Made by a program: the position numbers and the translations under genes
Notes under the pieces: model-generated
What the model was told of the DNA's origin: nothing
Databases searched by the model: none
What the model saw: the letters and a program-made list of their open reading frames with translations, nothing else
Part shown: one piece after another, positions 49,706 through 59,792 of the stretch
How the letters are laid out: every line of letters starts with the position of its first letter
How positions within the stretch are numbered: the first letter of the stretch is position 1
IMG/VR virus record: IMGVR_UViG_3300029305_011880
Reading direction: 5' to 3' (one strand)
Source: an uncultured virus (IMG/VR IMGVR_UViG_3300029305_011880)
Taxonomy: Duplodnaviria > Heunggongvirae > Uroviricota > Caudoviricetes
Length of the DNA: 64,000 nucleotides

Positions 49706-50671
49706 TCACAAATCCTCCATAACCAACTCCGATATTTTGCCACTTTCGATTTTCAACTTAAATCTTTTAACCTCCACATATGGCAACTTTTTCAAAGATT
49801 CTAACATTTCGCTCGAATATTCAGGAGCAATTGTTATTATCTTTATTTTTTTATTTGTTTTTTGTTTATATATATTATAATAATTTGTTACTTGCCAATA
49901 AAGTCTATCATCTTTTTTGTTCTTTATCTCCAATATATAGTCAGCATCTTCCGAAGACAATATAATATCTGCTATATACCCAGAACCGATTTCTCTTTGC
50001 TTCCCACCAAATTTCATATTCGGGAAATACTCTTTATGGTTTCTATATATATAATTCTCAATATCTTTTTCGACTAATAAAGAGTTGTCACTAGAATCAA
50101 AAAACATTGCAGATACGTATGCCACACATACATCTTCGTATGTTCGCTGAGACATGGCTTTGTCTTTTATTGGCCCTAAATTATATATTTCAGGAAAACT
50201 AGGAGATATACTATATGATGAATTCAATTCCGTAAGCACGTAATTATCATAATAATACTTTTTATATATTCCTTTTATTTTAGAAGCTCTTCTCTTACCC
50301 CTAGCAATAACATCTTTACAAAAAGCTTCAATTTGTGACACCGTTGATTTTTCATTAGGTGTCGAAGCAAATACATGATGAACTCGAGTAAAAATATTCC
50401 AATTCTCTACAATATTAGATATTGAATCGTCTACATACGAATTAACAGATACCCAACAATCGTAATATTTTATTTTCCCATTGATAGCATCTATGTATAA
50501 AATATCGCATATAAACTTTGAAAAATCATCAATCTTAATTTCTCGAACATTGCTTATTTTATTTAATAACATATATCTCTTAACAAGATATTCCCGCAAC
50601 ATTTCTCCAGTTAACGAATAAGCCTTAGATAAAATATTTTCTATCAACTCTTCCAAACTATACTCGTACAA
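49706..50671 (-). CDS. Protein with C-terminal PD-(D/E)XK nuclease-like domain
   Basis: EKDIENYI...KQREIGSGYIADII...ILEIK...QVTNY resembles NucS/YhcG-type C-terminal domains. Confidence 0.6.
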   Translation of the reverse strand: MYEYSLEELIENILSKAYSLTGEMLREYLVKRYMLLNKISNVREIKIDDFSKFICDILYIDAINGKIKYYDCWVSVNSYVDDSISNIVENWNIFTRVHHVFASTPNEKSTVSQIEAFCKDVIARGKRRASKIKGIYKKYYYDNYVLTELNSSYSISPSFPEIYNLGPIKDKAMSQRTYEDVCVAYVSAMFFDSSDNSLLVEKDIENYIYRNHKEYFPNMKFGGKQREIGSGYIADIILSSEDADYILEIKNKKDDRLYWQVTNYYNIYKQKTNKKIKIITIAPEYSSEMLESLKKLPYVEVKRFKLKIESGKISELVMEDL

Positions 50672-50771
50672 ATTATCACCTCTTTAAGCTTATTATTTCA
50701 TAGGTATTATAACACATTTCAAAGAAAAAAACAAGACGGAAAAGTTATTTTCCGTCTTGTTTTATATTTTT

Positions 50772-51185
50772 TTATTTCTTTTGATTTTGTTCTTCTCTAG
50801 CTTTAGACCTATTCATAACATCTTCTCTTCTCTTTTCTCTGAAATCCTGAATTGCATTAACTTCATTTGCAGTCACATTAAATTGGTCAATTTCTTCAAA
50901 TAATGAGAGTAAGATATTTGTTACAATAATTATTGAAATACCAGGAACAACGAATTTCAACAAGCCATCTGGTAGAAATAAATTTAATAAACATAGTGCA
51001 CCTAACACATAAAAAACATATCTATTATTAGATAATTTTTTAAGATTGTCGGCCTTTACTTTTTTATTAATAACACTTGTAGGAAGAGAAAAGATATTAT
51101 TATATCTTTTAGCATTAAAATACATGCTAATGACAATCAATATAATAGCTATAATATTTACTCCATATGTCAAAATTGGTTGCAT
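50772..51185 (-). CDS. Membrane protein (3 TM)
   Basis: Hydrophobic segments, AGGAGG RBS, last gene of the Cpa-like operon. Confidence 0.75.
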   Translation of the reverse strand: MQPILTYGVNIIAIILIVISMYFNAKRYNNIFSLPTSVINKKVKADNLKKLSNNRYVFYVLGALCLLNLFLPDGLLKFVVPGISIIIVTNILLSLFEEIDQFNVTANEVNAIQDFREKRREDVMNRSKAREEQNQKK

Positions 51186-51201
51186 AAAATCTCCTCCTTA
51201 A

Positions 51202-52830
51202 TTATTTTTCTTCTGGTTGATTACCAGCTAGCTTATTTGCTTGTTCAAGCATTTTTTCTTTATCCTGCTCTTTCTGGCTTTCATTCAAAAGAACTTTTTG
51301 AATCATCTTCTTATTTTCAGCCTTATCAGGAGTAATATTAGCTGCCTTTTCATGTTTTTTAGCCTCACGCTCTTCTTTTCTTTTCTTATACATTTCGACA
51401 CGAGCAGGCTTTTCAGCAAAATATTTATCATTAAAAGCCTTTACAGCTTCTTTTTCAATTTCTGGGTCACCAGTATTAACCCACTTTTTAATATATTCTT
51501 GGTCAACACCACGACGCATCATTTTATTAGCCTTTTCAGGGCTAATTCGATTCTTTAGAACAAAATCTCTATATTCAAAATCAAATTCGAAAATAGGTGT
51601 CAAATGAACCGTTCTCTTATCAAAGTCATATTCTACTTCATGAATCATTGAACATTTACGACCAATGCCAGGGATATTGTCCTGGATTGCGATATAGTCA
51701 ATAGAACAACCAACAATACGTTCAACAACTTCGATACCTAAGGAAGGCATAGCCTGTAAATATTTAGTAACCAAACGGTTAACAATATTCATAGGAATAC
51801 CACCGTGCATGGAGAATGCGGTACTGTGTCCCGTTTCCATACCTTCAACGGCAGCCATCGCTTCTTCAGCACGAACCTCACCAACGATAATATATTTCGG
51901 CTTTAGACGTAGAGCAGTAACGATTAGGGCAGATAGAGAAACTGAAGTTTCTTTTTTATCACCTTTAACAGACACTAATTCAAGAGTATGTTCGTTTTTA
52001 GGGAATAATTCCTGAGTATCTTCACAAATAAGCATACGCCTCTTATTACGAGTAACATATTCGTCAAGCAAAGCACGCATTGTAGTAGTTTTACCAGAAC
52101 CAGTCAACCCAGCATAAATCCAGTTAGCTTCTCCGTCAATTAATAAGTTACCAAAGAACTCCGACATTTCTTCACTCATTGTTTGCCATTCGAGCAGCTG
52201 GTCCAAAATAATATGGTCTTCAGCGTGCTTACGCATTGTCATGGTATAGTCTCTAGGAGAAACTACGGGACAAGTAGCGCATCCACGGTCCTGATACAAT
52301 TCAAAGTCAACGATTTTATTTTCGCCGTTGTTAATTTCTTTACCACTAGTACGTATAAATCTTTCAACAACATTTTTATAATGTTCTTTACTCCTAAAAG
52401 TTTTCCAGTAACGAACGTTTTTACCCGCTTTTTCTACGAAAATTGTATCCCAAGCGATACAATAAATATCGGATATTTCATCGTCAGCAAACGCATCATC
52501 TAGCACAGAGTATCCAGCATATTCCTGAACCATATCTTCAATGAATTTTTCAACTTTTTCCCCTTGGTGATTACGAATACTGATATTATTCTCAAGAATA
52601 CAGTCAGTAACATATTTTCTGACTTTCATCATTTCATATCTTAAATCTTCTTTTGTCTTGACTGCTTTTTTAGATTTTTCGTTATTAATTTCTTCAAGCC
52701 TCTTATTGGTAATATACTGAACGACAACTTTCTCAGCTTCATCATAATCTAATAGCTTACCATCGTTTCTCTTACCAAGAGTAGTATTTATATTTTTCTT
52801 GTAAGAAACTAAATCGTGTTTCCCAGCCAT
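51202..52830 (-). CDS. cpaF: CpaF/TadA/VirB11-family secretion ATPase
   Basis: GLTGSGKTT, CEDTQEL, LRLKPKYIIVGEVR, TGHS...H motifs. Confidence 0.88.
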   Translation of the reverse strand: MAGKHDLVSYKKNINTTLGKRNDGKLLDYDEAEKVVVQYITNKRLEEINNEKSKKAVKTKEDLRYEMMKVRKYVTDCILENNISIRNHQGEKVEKFIEDMVQEYAGYSVLDDAFADDEISDIYCIAWDTIFVEKAGKNVRYWKTFRSKEHYKNVVERFIRTSGKEINNGENKIVDFELYQDRGCATCPVVSPRDYTMTMRKHAEDHIILDQLLEWQTMSEEMSEFFGNLLIDGEANWIYAGLTGSGKTTTMRALLDEYVTRNKRRMLICEDTQELFPKNEHTLELVSVKGDKKETSVSLSALIVTALRLKPKYIIVGEVRAEEAMAAVEGMETGHSTAFSMHGGIPMNIVNRLVTKYLQAMPSLGIEVVERIVGCSIDYIAIQDNIPGIGRKCSMIHEVEYDFDKRTVHLTPIFEFDFEYRDFVLKNRISPEKANKMMRRGVDQEYIKKWVNTGDPEIEKEAVKAFNDKYFAEKPARVEMYKKRKEEREAKKHEKAANITPDKAENKKMIQKVLLNESQKEQDKEKMLEQANKLAGNQPEEK

Positions 52831-52926
52831 CTATAAATCAACTCCTTTTCAAAAACAACATTAAAAAAACACTTATAATATAATATGCGCCAACTAGTGG
52901 CGCATATTATTTTTATTTGTTTTATT

Positions 52927-54990
52927 TTAGTCATCAATGTTTGCAACATCCTCATCAATAATATCGGATTCTTTTTTGAATTTAAATCCGTCCAAAACTT
53001 TCTTAAAGCTATCACTAATAGAGACTTTCTCTTTTTTCTTTTTCTTGCCATCTCCAGCATCATTTTCTTCTTTGATACCATCTCTCTTTTTCTTTTGCTT
53101 TTCGGCTTCTTTAATAGCTTTCTTAGAAATCTTAAAAGTAGCCTTTTGCTCAAACTGAGCGGAAATAATATTAAAGTTAATAATTGGATATAAATCGTTA
53201 GCAAGCTTTAAAAAATAATATTTAGCTTCAGTTAATGAATCATCCTGTGCCTGAATAACATCTTCAGACTTTGACGCTAAATTAAATAGTGTGGAAGGCT
53301 TAATGAATGGGATGATATTCGTAAACCCAACATCTAAACCAGCTTCTATATCTTTGATACCAACAAATAAATCGTCATCAGCAATTGCTTTATTAAGAAT
53401 GAATTTACTCTGAGTAGGAATAAACAACTCTTCTTCTTCAAGATACATTCTAAACCTCTTATTATTGTGGAATGTATTCCAGTCCATATCTAAGATGTAG
53501 TATGTGTAGTTAGACAAACTATACAAAGGATAAATAGTTTTTGCATCCATGTCTGTATTACCATCAATAATTAAAACATCGAAATCATCAATAACAGTTT
53601 CCACAATATAAGTAAGGATATATTTGTTAAGAATATCTTTATCACCACTGTGATAAAGTCTGTCTGTACCACCTAATACACGAATATTAGGATATTTGGA
53701 CGCAGGTTTAAAAGCTTTATGAATTAGTTCATTAACTTCTCTTTCAACTTCAATTCCTGGGTTAGTATTCTCACCAAGGTCATCAATAACTCTTCTAGCA
53801 GCTTCAATAGCTTGGAAAATATTTTCCTTTTCATGAAGCGTATTAAAGAATTTACTTGCACCAAATCCCTGAAAATCCATATCTATAATTCCAACTCTAG
53901 GCTTAGAGCCATTAAGTCTTTGAACACCACAAGTAGCGACAGCTACTGCAATCTGCTCAACAATAAACGATTTGCCGACACCGCCTTTGGCTGAAGTAAA
54001 TGTAAATAAGTTAGGATAAATAGTGACGGAATCATCCGTTTCTACTACGTCAGGAACAAAAATAGTAATATTATTTTTCTTCTTAACAGCACTATCTTTC
54101 ATGTACTCAAGCCATTCTTTAATGTCCTTTTCCTCATAAGGAACATCTAAAATATTCTTTAGTAACACAATGCTGATATCATTCTTAGTAATCAAGTCAT
54201 ATATACCAGCAGATGCCAAAGAACCGAGCATCATCTTTTTAACAGTATCCTTAGGGTCTACTTCGCCAGAAAGATAAATAATTCTCATTTCTGGGAAGGA
54301 TGTATGTAATCTCAACAACAATTCCGTCAAAGAACTATTTCCGCCGATATTATCACCAACGAGCAAAATATCGGGAGTATCATTTTCACAATACTCATAT
54401 AACAATCCTCTGTTTTGAACTTTAGCAATTGTAATATATGAATCACTAAACATATCGGATTGTTCAATAATCTCGTCAATTTCGTCTTGGCCACTTGCAA
54501 GAATGATTCTTTTTCTATTAGTATCAACTTTAGATAGAGATTTTTCAGCATGGTCCAGACCTCTTTCAATATCTTCATCCAAGTCAATTTCTTCTAATTT
54601 TTCATCAATTAAAAATTGGAAAGAAAATACATAAGAATAGTTTGTCGCAGACATAATATTTTCAGTATATTCCATCTGCTCTGGATTTGCGATAGCAACC
54701 TTTAGCATGTTACCATCTTCAAAAGGATATACTTTAACGTAATTTACTAATTCGTCAAGTTTTCCTTCCTTAACTGCGCTCACACAAAACGTCTTTTCAC
54801 GAACATCAACGAAAGTAAGATTTATGGCCGATTCAAAGAACGATATAATTTCGTCCTGGTCAATACCAGCCTCTACCATGGCAAGATATGCGTCTCTTTC
54901 ATTTTCGAAAGATATAATGTTTACGTTAGCATCATATTTTTCACATAGCGACATGGCGTTTTTAACAAAAAAATCACTTAATCTACTCAA
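52927..54990 (-). CDS. CpaE/TadZ-like protein (extra N-terminal domain + receiver-like + MinD/ParA ATPase)
   Basis: Deviant Walker A SAKGGVGKS, IIDMD, receiver-like PDILLV...PEMRIIYL. Confidence 0.75.
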   Translation of the reverse strand: MSRLSDFFVKNAMSLCEKYDANVNIISFENERDAYLAMVEAGIDQDEIISFFESAINLTFVDVREKTFCVSAVKEGKLDELVNYVKVYPFEDGNMLKVAIANPEQMEYTENIMSATNYSYVFSFQFLIDEKLEEIDLDEDIERGLDHAEKSLSKVDTNRKRIILASGQDEIDEIIEQSDMFSDSYITIAKVQNRGLLYEYCENDTPDILLVGDNIGGNSSLTELLLRLHTSFPEMRIIYLSGEVDPKDTVKKMMLGSLASAGIYDLITKNDISIVLLKNILDVPYEEKDIKEWLEYMKDSAVKKKNNITIFVPDVVETDDSVTIYPNLFTFTSAKGGVGKSFIVEQIAVAVATCGVQRLNGSKPRVGIIDMDFQGFGASKFFNTLHEKENIFQAIEAARRVIDDLGENTNPGIEVEREVNELIHKAFKPASKYPNIRVLGGTDRLYHSGDKDILNKYILTYIVETVIDDFDVLIIDGNTDMDAKTIYPLYSLSNYTYYILDMDWNTFHNNKRFRMYLEEEELFIPTQSKFILNKAIADDDLFVGIKDIEAGLDVGFTNIIPFIKPSTLFNLASKSEDVIQAQDDSLTEAKYYFLKLANDLYPIINFNIISAQFEQKATFKISKKAIKEAEKQKKKRDGIKEENDAGDGKKKKKEKVSISDSFKKVLDGFKFKKESDIIDEDVANIDD

Positions 54991-55036
54991 AACGATATCC
55001 TCCTTCTAGTATTTTTAGAGAGAGGAAATATGGAGA

Positions 55037-55936
55037 TTATTCTATCTCCATATTTCCTGTCCCCATGGAATTGGAATCTGTTATTCCATCATCACTTTCA
55101 GTTAATGCTCCAGAATTCAAGAACGCATCAGAAACTTGAATATTACCAGTTTCTGCGTTTGCATTACCAGCAAATATCTTACCATATTCACCAATTACAA
55201 AGCCTAGAGTTTCATGGGTTTCGGATTCCTCAAATCTTTTAACAAATATAATTTCACCAACTAATAATCTGGTATGAATTTCTTCTGCTTGTTCAGGTGT
55301 TACGATTAAACTGATAGAAGCAGGAGCTTCATAAGACTGTGCAACAGTTGAACCATCCTCAGTAGTAACATATGCATCTTCATGAGCATGCGCAGTAAAT
55401 TTAAAACCACTACCAGTATTTATTTGGTAAATAGGTACATTCTGCATAAAAATTTTACTATAAGAGAAACTTGCACTTTCATCACCGTTTTCGGCAGAAG
55501 CGCTAGCAGTAAACATCAAATCAATTCTATCACCACGTTCTAAATCACCTGCGACACCCGTTGAATAACTCATTGGCAACGCAATAACACGGCTATTAGA
55601 AAGGTCCAGAGAAGCAAATTTATCGACACTTGTAATATCGCCCAATTGTTCTCTGTAAACGATAGTGTTTTTAATAGCTTTAGTAATAGTATATTTACCA
55701 ACAACTTCGTTTTTATTTCCAACCATAATCATATTGTTTTGTAGAGTCATTTGAGACAGAGGTGTAGCAGTCAAATCTCTCTCTGTAATTTTTACACCTA
55801 CATCAAGATTTCTTGCATACATGTAAACCTCGGTTGGCTGCAAACTGAATTCAACATATTGCTTGTAAGTAAATACAAACGCTATAATTAATACAATTTG
55901 AAGCAACAAAACAATTAATTTCTTTTTACTTTTCAT
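55037..55936 (-). CDS. cpaB: CpaB/RcpC-like protein (SAF domain)
   Basis: N-terminal TM, ARNLDVGVKITERDL...VVGKY, GVAGDLERGDRIDL, LIVTPEQAE. Confidence 0.8.
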   Translation of the reverse strand: MKSKKKLIVLLLQIVLIIAFVFTYKQYVEFSLQPTEVYMYARNLDVGVKITERDLTATPLSQMTLQNNMIMVGNKNEVVGKYTITKAIKNTIVYREQLGDITSVDKFASLDLSNSRVIALPMSYSTGVAGDLERGDRIDLMFTASASAENGDESASFSYSKIFMQNVPIYQINTGSGFKFTAHAHEDAYVTTEDGSTVAQSYEAPASISLIVTPEQAEEIHTRLLVGEIIFVKRFEESETHETLGFVIGEYGKIFAGNANAETGNIQVSDAFLNSGALTESDDGITDSNSMGTGNMEIE

Positions 55937-55951
55937 ATATTAATTGCCTCC

Positions 55952-57712
55952 TTACTTAAACATTTCTGTTAATTTCTGAATTGACATCATGTAGTCTCTA
56001 TTTTTAGAAACAAGAATTGCGGGCAAAGCTTTAAAAGAACCATTTATTATATCCGCAGAGTTTTCTGGGATAGTGGCAACCTTTTCAGCCTCTAGCCAAT
56101 TCTTTATTTTAGGTTTATTCAGAAGAATATTATTATTATATTTATTTATTAGATAAATATTTTTATAATTAACACTAGACAAACCTTTTACTGTTGCGTC
56201 TTTCAAAAATTCGAACTCTACACCATTACTCTTCAGAGCAGCAAACATTTTTAAAGAAGCACCAATAGTTACAACATCCTGAGTCATTACAAATACGTTC
56301 ACGGACGAGAAAATCGAAGCCGTCTCCAAAATATGGAAATCAGAATGTGAATATACATCGAGAATTATGTAATCATATCCCTCTTTGTATAGCAAGAACA
56401 ATAGTAAATCTTTTAAAGTATTTGGGTTTGTTTGAATAATCTCACCAGATTTAATATACCCAGCAGAAAAAAACATGTAATGCAAGTTTTCTGGATACTT
56501 AGCATGTTTGTCATTCATATCTGATTTCAATGCTAGAATATCTTCTTTTGTAACTATACATTTATCAATATCTTGATAGTTTCTAGTTTCAATTCCAAAG
56601 AATGCCTTTTCTAATCCGTTTGTTATAGAATCTAAATCGAACCAATAGCTAAGAGTAGGTAATACATCATTAAATTCGATATAGACCACTTTTTGTCCCT
56701 TCATAGCAAGATATACCGCAGTATTCAAAGCACAAGTAGTACATCCAACACCAGGAACTGTTCCGTAAAATGTAATAACTTTTTGTTTAGAAGTTACATT
56801 TCTACTTTTATCAAGGTCTCTTAATTCTTGTTCTAACTTATCATATTCATCAGCCATTTGTTTGTTTTGATTAAGAGCCTTTAACCTTTCAGCTTCTGCT
56901 TTTTGAGCTTTTTTCTCAGCAACTTCGAGCCTTTTCTTTAATTCAGCAACCTCAGCAGAAGAAACAGCGGCAACCCCAGCTGCAGCAGCTGCCGCAGGAG
57001 CGGCTGGAGCAACCCGTTGAGCAATAGGATTGCTTAATTTAGACTTCTTTTCCTGAACTAGCCCATCGTCATTCAACTTTGGATTTTGGTTTGTTACGGG
57101 AGAAGACATTAGCCCATCATCAGATAATTTACTAGAATTTCTCTTATTATTAAATCTATCTTTTAAAGACATGCCACCTATTTGATTATGTTCATTTTCA
57201 TCAGACAAAATCTCAGTGACAGTTGAATCAACATTTTCAACATCCGCAACCCCAGAAGAATTAATTTCTTGTAATTCTTTTTCTGAGAATATATCATTTC
57301 CACCATTTGGTAAATAAATGGAGGCCTCTTTCCATGTTGCAGGCTTAATCGTTCTATTTACCATATCATTAATAGAAACTCTGTTACCCGCTAAAATATC
57401 AAAAATCTGATAAGAAACAAGCTTTGCTAATTGTTTGTCGCCAGGCGCTCTTGCACCAGCAATAAACACAATTCTTAATTCAGGGTATTTCATTTTTAAA
57501 TCAATGGCAAATTTAAAATCGTCAGTCTCACCCTTTAAACCTTCGATTAAGACAACAACATCAACGCTATTACCCTCTAAATAATCTAATACAGAATCTT
57601 TATGAACCACACATGCAACAATTTCATACTCAGGATTCAATTTAGAGAGTCTATCCTTAAATGCAGTTTCGGCCATCTGATTATCTATAGCTAACAATAC
57701 TTTATATTTCAT
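55952..57712 (-). CDS. CpaE/TadZ-like protein (receiver-like + coiled coil + degenerate ParA domain)
   Basis: N-terminal receiver-like fold, GTVPGVGCTTCALNTA, YDYIILD. Confidence 0.7.
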   Translation of the reverse strand: MKYKVLLAIDNQMAETAFKDRLSKLNPEYEIVACVVHKDSVLDYLEGNSVDVVVLIEGLKGETDDFKFAIDLKMKYPELRIVFIAGARAPGDKQLAKLVSYQIFDILAGNRVSINDMVNRTIKPATWKEASIYLPNGGNDIFSEKELQEINSSGVADVENVDSTVTEILSDENEHNQIGGMSLKDRFNNKRNSSKLSDDGLMSSPVTNQNPKLNDDGLVQEKKSKLSNPIAQRVAPAAPAAAAAAGVAAVSSAEVAELKKRLEVAEKKAQKAEAERLKALNQNKQMADEYDKLEQELRDLDKSRNVTSKQKVITFYGTVPGVGCTTCALNTAVYLAMKGQKVVYIEFNDVLPTLSYWFDLDSITNGLEKAFFGIETRNYQDIDKCIVTKEDILALKSDMNDKHAKYPENLHYMFFSAGYIKSGEIIQTNPNTLKDLLLFLLYKEGYDYIILDVYSHSDFHILETASIFSSVNVFVMTQDVVTIGASLKMFAALKSNGVEFEFLKDATVKGLSSVNYKNIYLINKYNNNILLNKPKIKNWLEAEKVATIPENSADIINGSFKALPAILVSKNRDYMMSIQKLTEMFK

Positions 57713-57946
57713 ACTCCAATAGACACGGAAGTGTGTCGCGTACCTCCTTTCAGCGAATATACAAATCTTTTTATATCATATTATTTTATTCAATTATTAA
57801 TGAAATAATTATGCTTAAAGTATTCTATAAAAAAGACAAATAACAAAATAATTATTTTTTGCACCATTTACATTTTATATTTTGCCAAAAATAAAAATTA
57901 AAAAAGACCTGCTTGACAAAGTAGGTCTTTTTGTAATATATTAGTT

Positions 57947-59296
57947 TTACGTTATTTTTTTATAATTTCGTCTGTTAGATTTATACATCTCTTCAAGTTT
58001 AATAGAGTCCGTGTTCGGTTTTTGGTCTATAAAGAATACTAATCCAACCCCTGGACGAGAAATACTCTTATTTGCAACTACACGATAACATATCTGCCCA
58101 AATGGACGATAACAAATTTCCTCAGGTTTTAAATTGTAAAATTGAGCAGAATAATATCTAGCATCTTCACCATTCAAACCTGGGAACAGAACCAGGTTAC
58201 GAGCATTAGATTCGATGAGCAAAGATTGGGCTTCAGTTAATTCGTCACCACACATCTGTAATAATGCCCTATTCTGAACAGCAATATGAGTTCCGACCCT
58301 AAACGAACGTCCCTGAGTAAACATTTCCGTTAAAACGGGAGAATAAGTAGCAAATTCATCTATATATAAGAAATGAGGAGGAACGGGTCCTTCATACCCC
58401 ATCTCCTTCGCATAATGTTTTCTTCTAAAAGTCGCATTCAAGAATTCAAGCATAATAAATTCACCAAAAGTTTTACCCAGCGGTCCAAGAATGGTATTTT
58501 TAGTATTCATAATAACAATATCTCTGTTAAGTAAATGCTTATTAAAATCAATTTTCTCAACAGTGCTGTTATTACTTGGCGTCATGACTCTTTTGAGATA
58601 TTTATTCGATGCCAGTTCGTCGACCTTAATTCTTACAGTTGCACACCTATCGTAAACATCTTTTGTTGGTTCAAAATAATCATATAGGAACCATTCGCAA
58701 ATTTCCGTAAGTTCCAAACTCAATCTATTAACTCTCAATTGTTCGAGGGTTTTACTAATTTTTAAACGACTTTCATTATATTTATTACAAATAAAATTTG
58801 CATATGTAACAATATTTAAATTGTTACCACAAATATCGGGATACTCTTTTAATAACTTAATGGATTTAGTGATTAAATTACGACAAACGTCCATATCTCT
58901 TTTCTCTTCATTAGACGTAATTCTAAAAGAAGGAGAGAATATTTTCAGCATGTTTTTTGTAACAATTTCTTCTGTCCCCTCGAAAGGATTTAATCTAGGA
59001 CAATTTTCGTCTGCTGGGTCAACATATAAAACATGGCGGTCGAACTGTTTTGCAACTTCGTAAATCGCTTCCGCCAAGTCTTCTTTTGGGTCTATTACGG
59101 TAATCCCACAAGACCCATTTATTAAATCCTGATATATTAATGGAGTAAAAACCTGAGATGATTTACCAGTACCTGTAGGTCCCATTATAAGCATATTCAA
59201 AAATCTATCATCTTCAGGAATTACAACTGGTTGTAAAGTTTCTCTATCATAGCATAATACTACATCACACGGAGAAAATTCTTCTTCTTCGTACAT
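57947..59296 (-). CDS. Second VirD4-like ATPase lacking TM helices
   Basis: DRFLNMLIMGPTGTGKS, DPKEDL, HFLYIDEF, QGRSF...VQN. Clear paralogue of 32871..35165. Confidence 0.85.
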   Translation of the reverse strand: MYEEEEFSPCDVVLCYDRETLQPVVIPEDDRFLNMLIMGPTGTGKSSQVFTPLIYQDLINGSCGITVIDPKEDLAEAIYEVAKQFDRHVLYVDPADENCPRLNPFEGTEEIVTKNMLKIFSPSFRITSNEEKRDMDVCRNLITKSIKLLKEYPDICGNNLNIVTYANFICNKYNESRLKISKTLEQLRVNRLSLELTEICEWFLYDYFEPTKDVYDRCATVRIKVDELASNKYLKRVMTPSNNSTVEKIDFNKHLLNRDIVIMNTKNTILGPLGKTFGEFIMLEFLNATFRRKHYAKEMGYEGPVPPHFLYIDEFATYSPVLTEMFTQGRSFRVGTHIAVQNRALLQMCGDELTEAQSLLIESNARNLVLFPGLNGEDARYYSAQFYNLKPEEICYRPFGQICYRVVANKSISRPGVGLVFFIDQKPNTDSIKLEEMYKSNRRNYKKIT

Positions 59297-59309
59297 AATA
59301 AACCTCCCT

Positions 59310-59666
59310 TTACGAATATCTTCTTATAATCTTAGAAGCCAAATGTATTAACACAGCAAAAGTGATGTTAAAACTGCCTATTTGGCTATAGTTGTTGTTA
59401 CAGATTTTCATGTATTCATCAAAAGAACCACTATAAAAATCAAACAACCCATCTACGTTGTCATCCAATAACAAACTCATGATATACTGTATTTTGGGAT
59501 GTGACTTTTTCACAAAATCTTGGCCCTGTATTTCAATCATTTTTTTCTCTAAAAAATTCATCAAAACATAATCTTGTTTTGTATTTATATTCCCTATATA
59601 AAGAATATCTTGAGTATCAAATTTATCATCTTTGTTTAAGATATCTTTCAATTCCAAAAAAGTCAC
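59310..59666 (-). CDS. Hypothetical protein
   Basis: 118-aa ORF directly upstream of the soluble VirD4-like gene. Confidence 0.6.
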   Translation of the reverse strand: MTFLELKDILNKDDKFDTQDILYIGNINTKQDYVLMNFLEKKMIEIQGQDFVKKSHPKIQYIMSLLLDDNVDGLFDFYSGSFDEYMKICNNNYSQIGSFNITFAVLIHLASKIIRRYS

Positions 59667-59792
59667 ACTCCTTTCTTCAAAAAAGAATTATACAAAATTA
59701 TATACTAGTAACAAAAACATAATAAATAAAAACATCACAACAAAAAGATTTAACAAAAAAACGGAGAAACCAAACTGGTTTCTCCGTTAATA

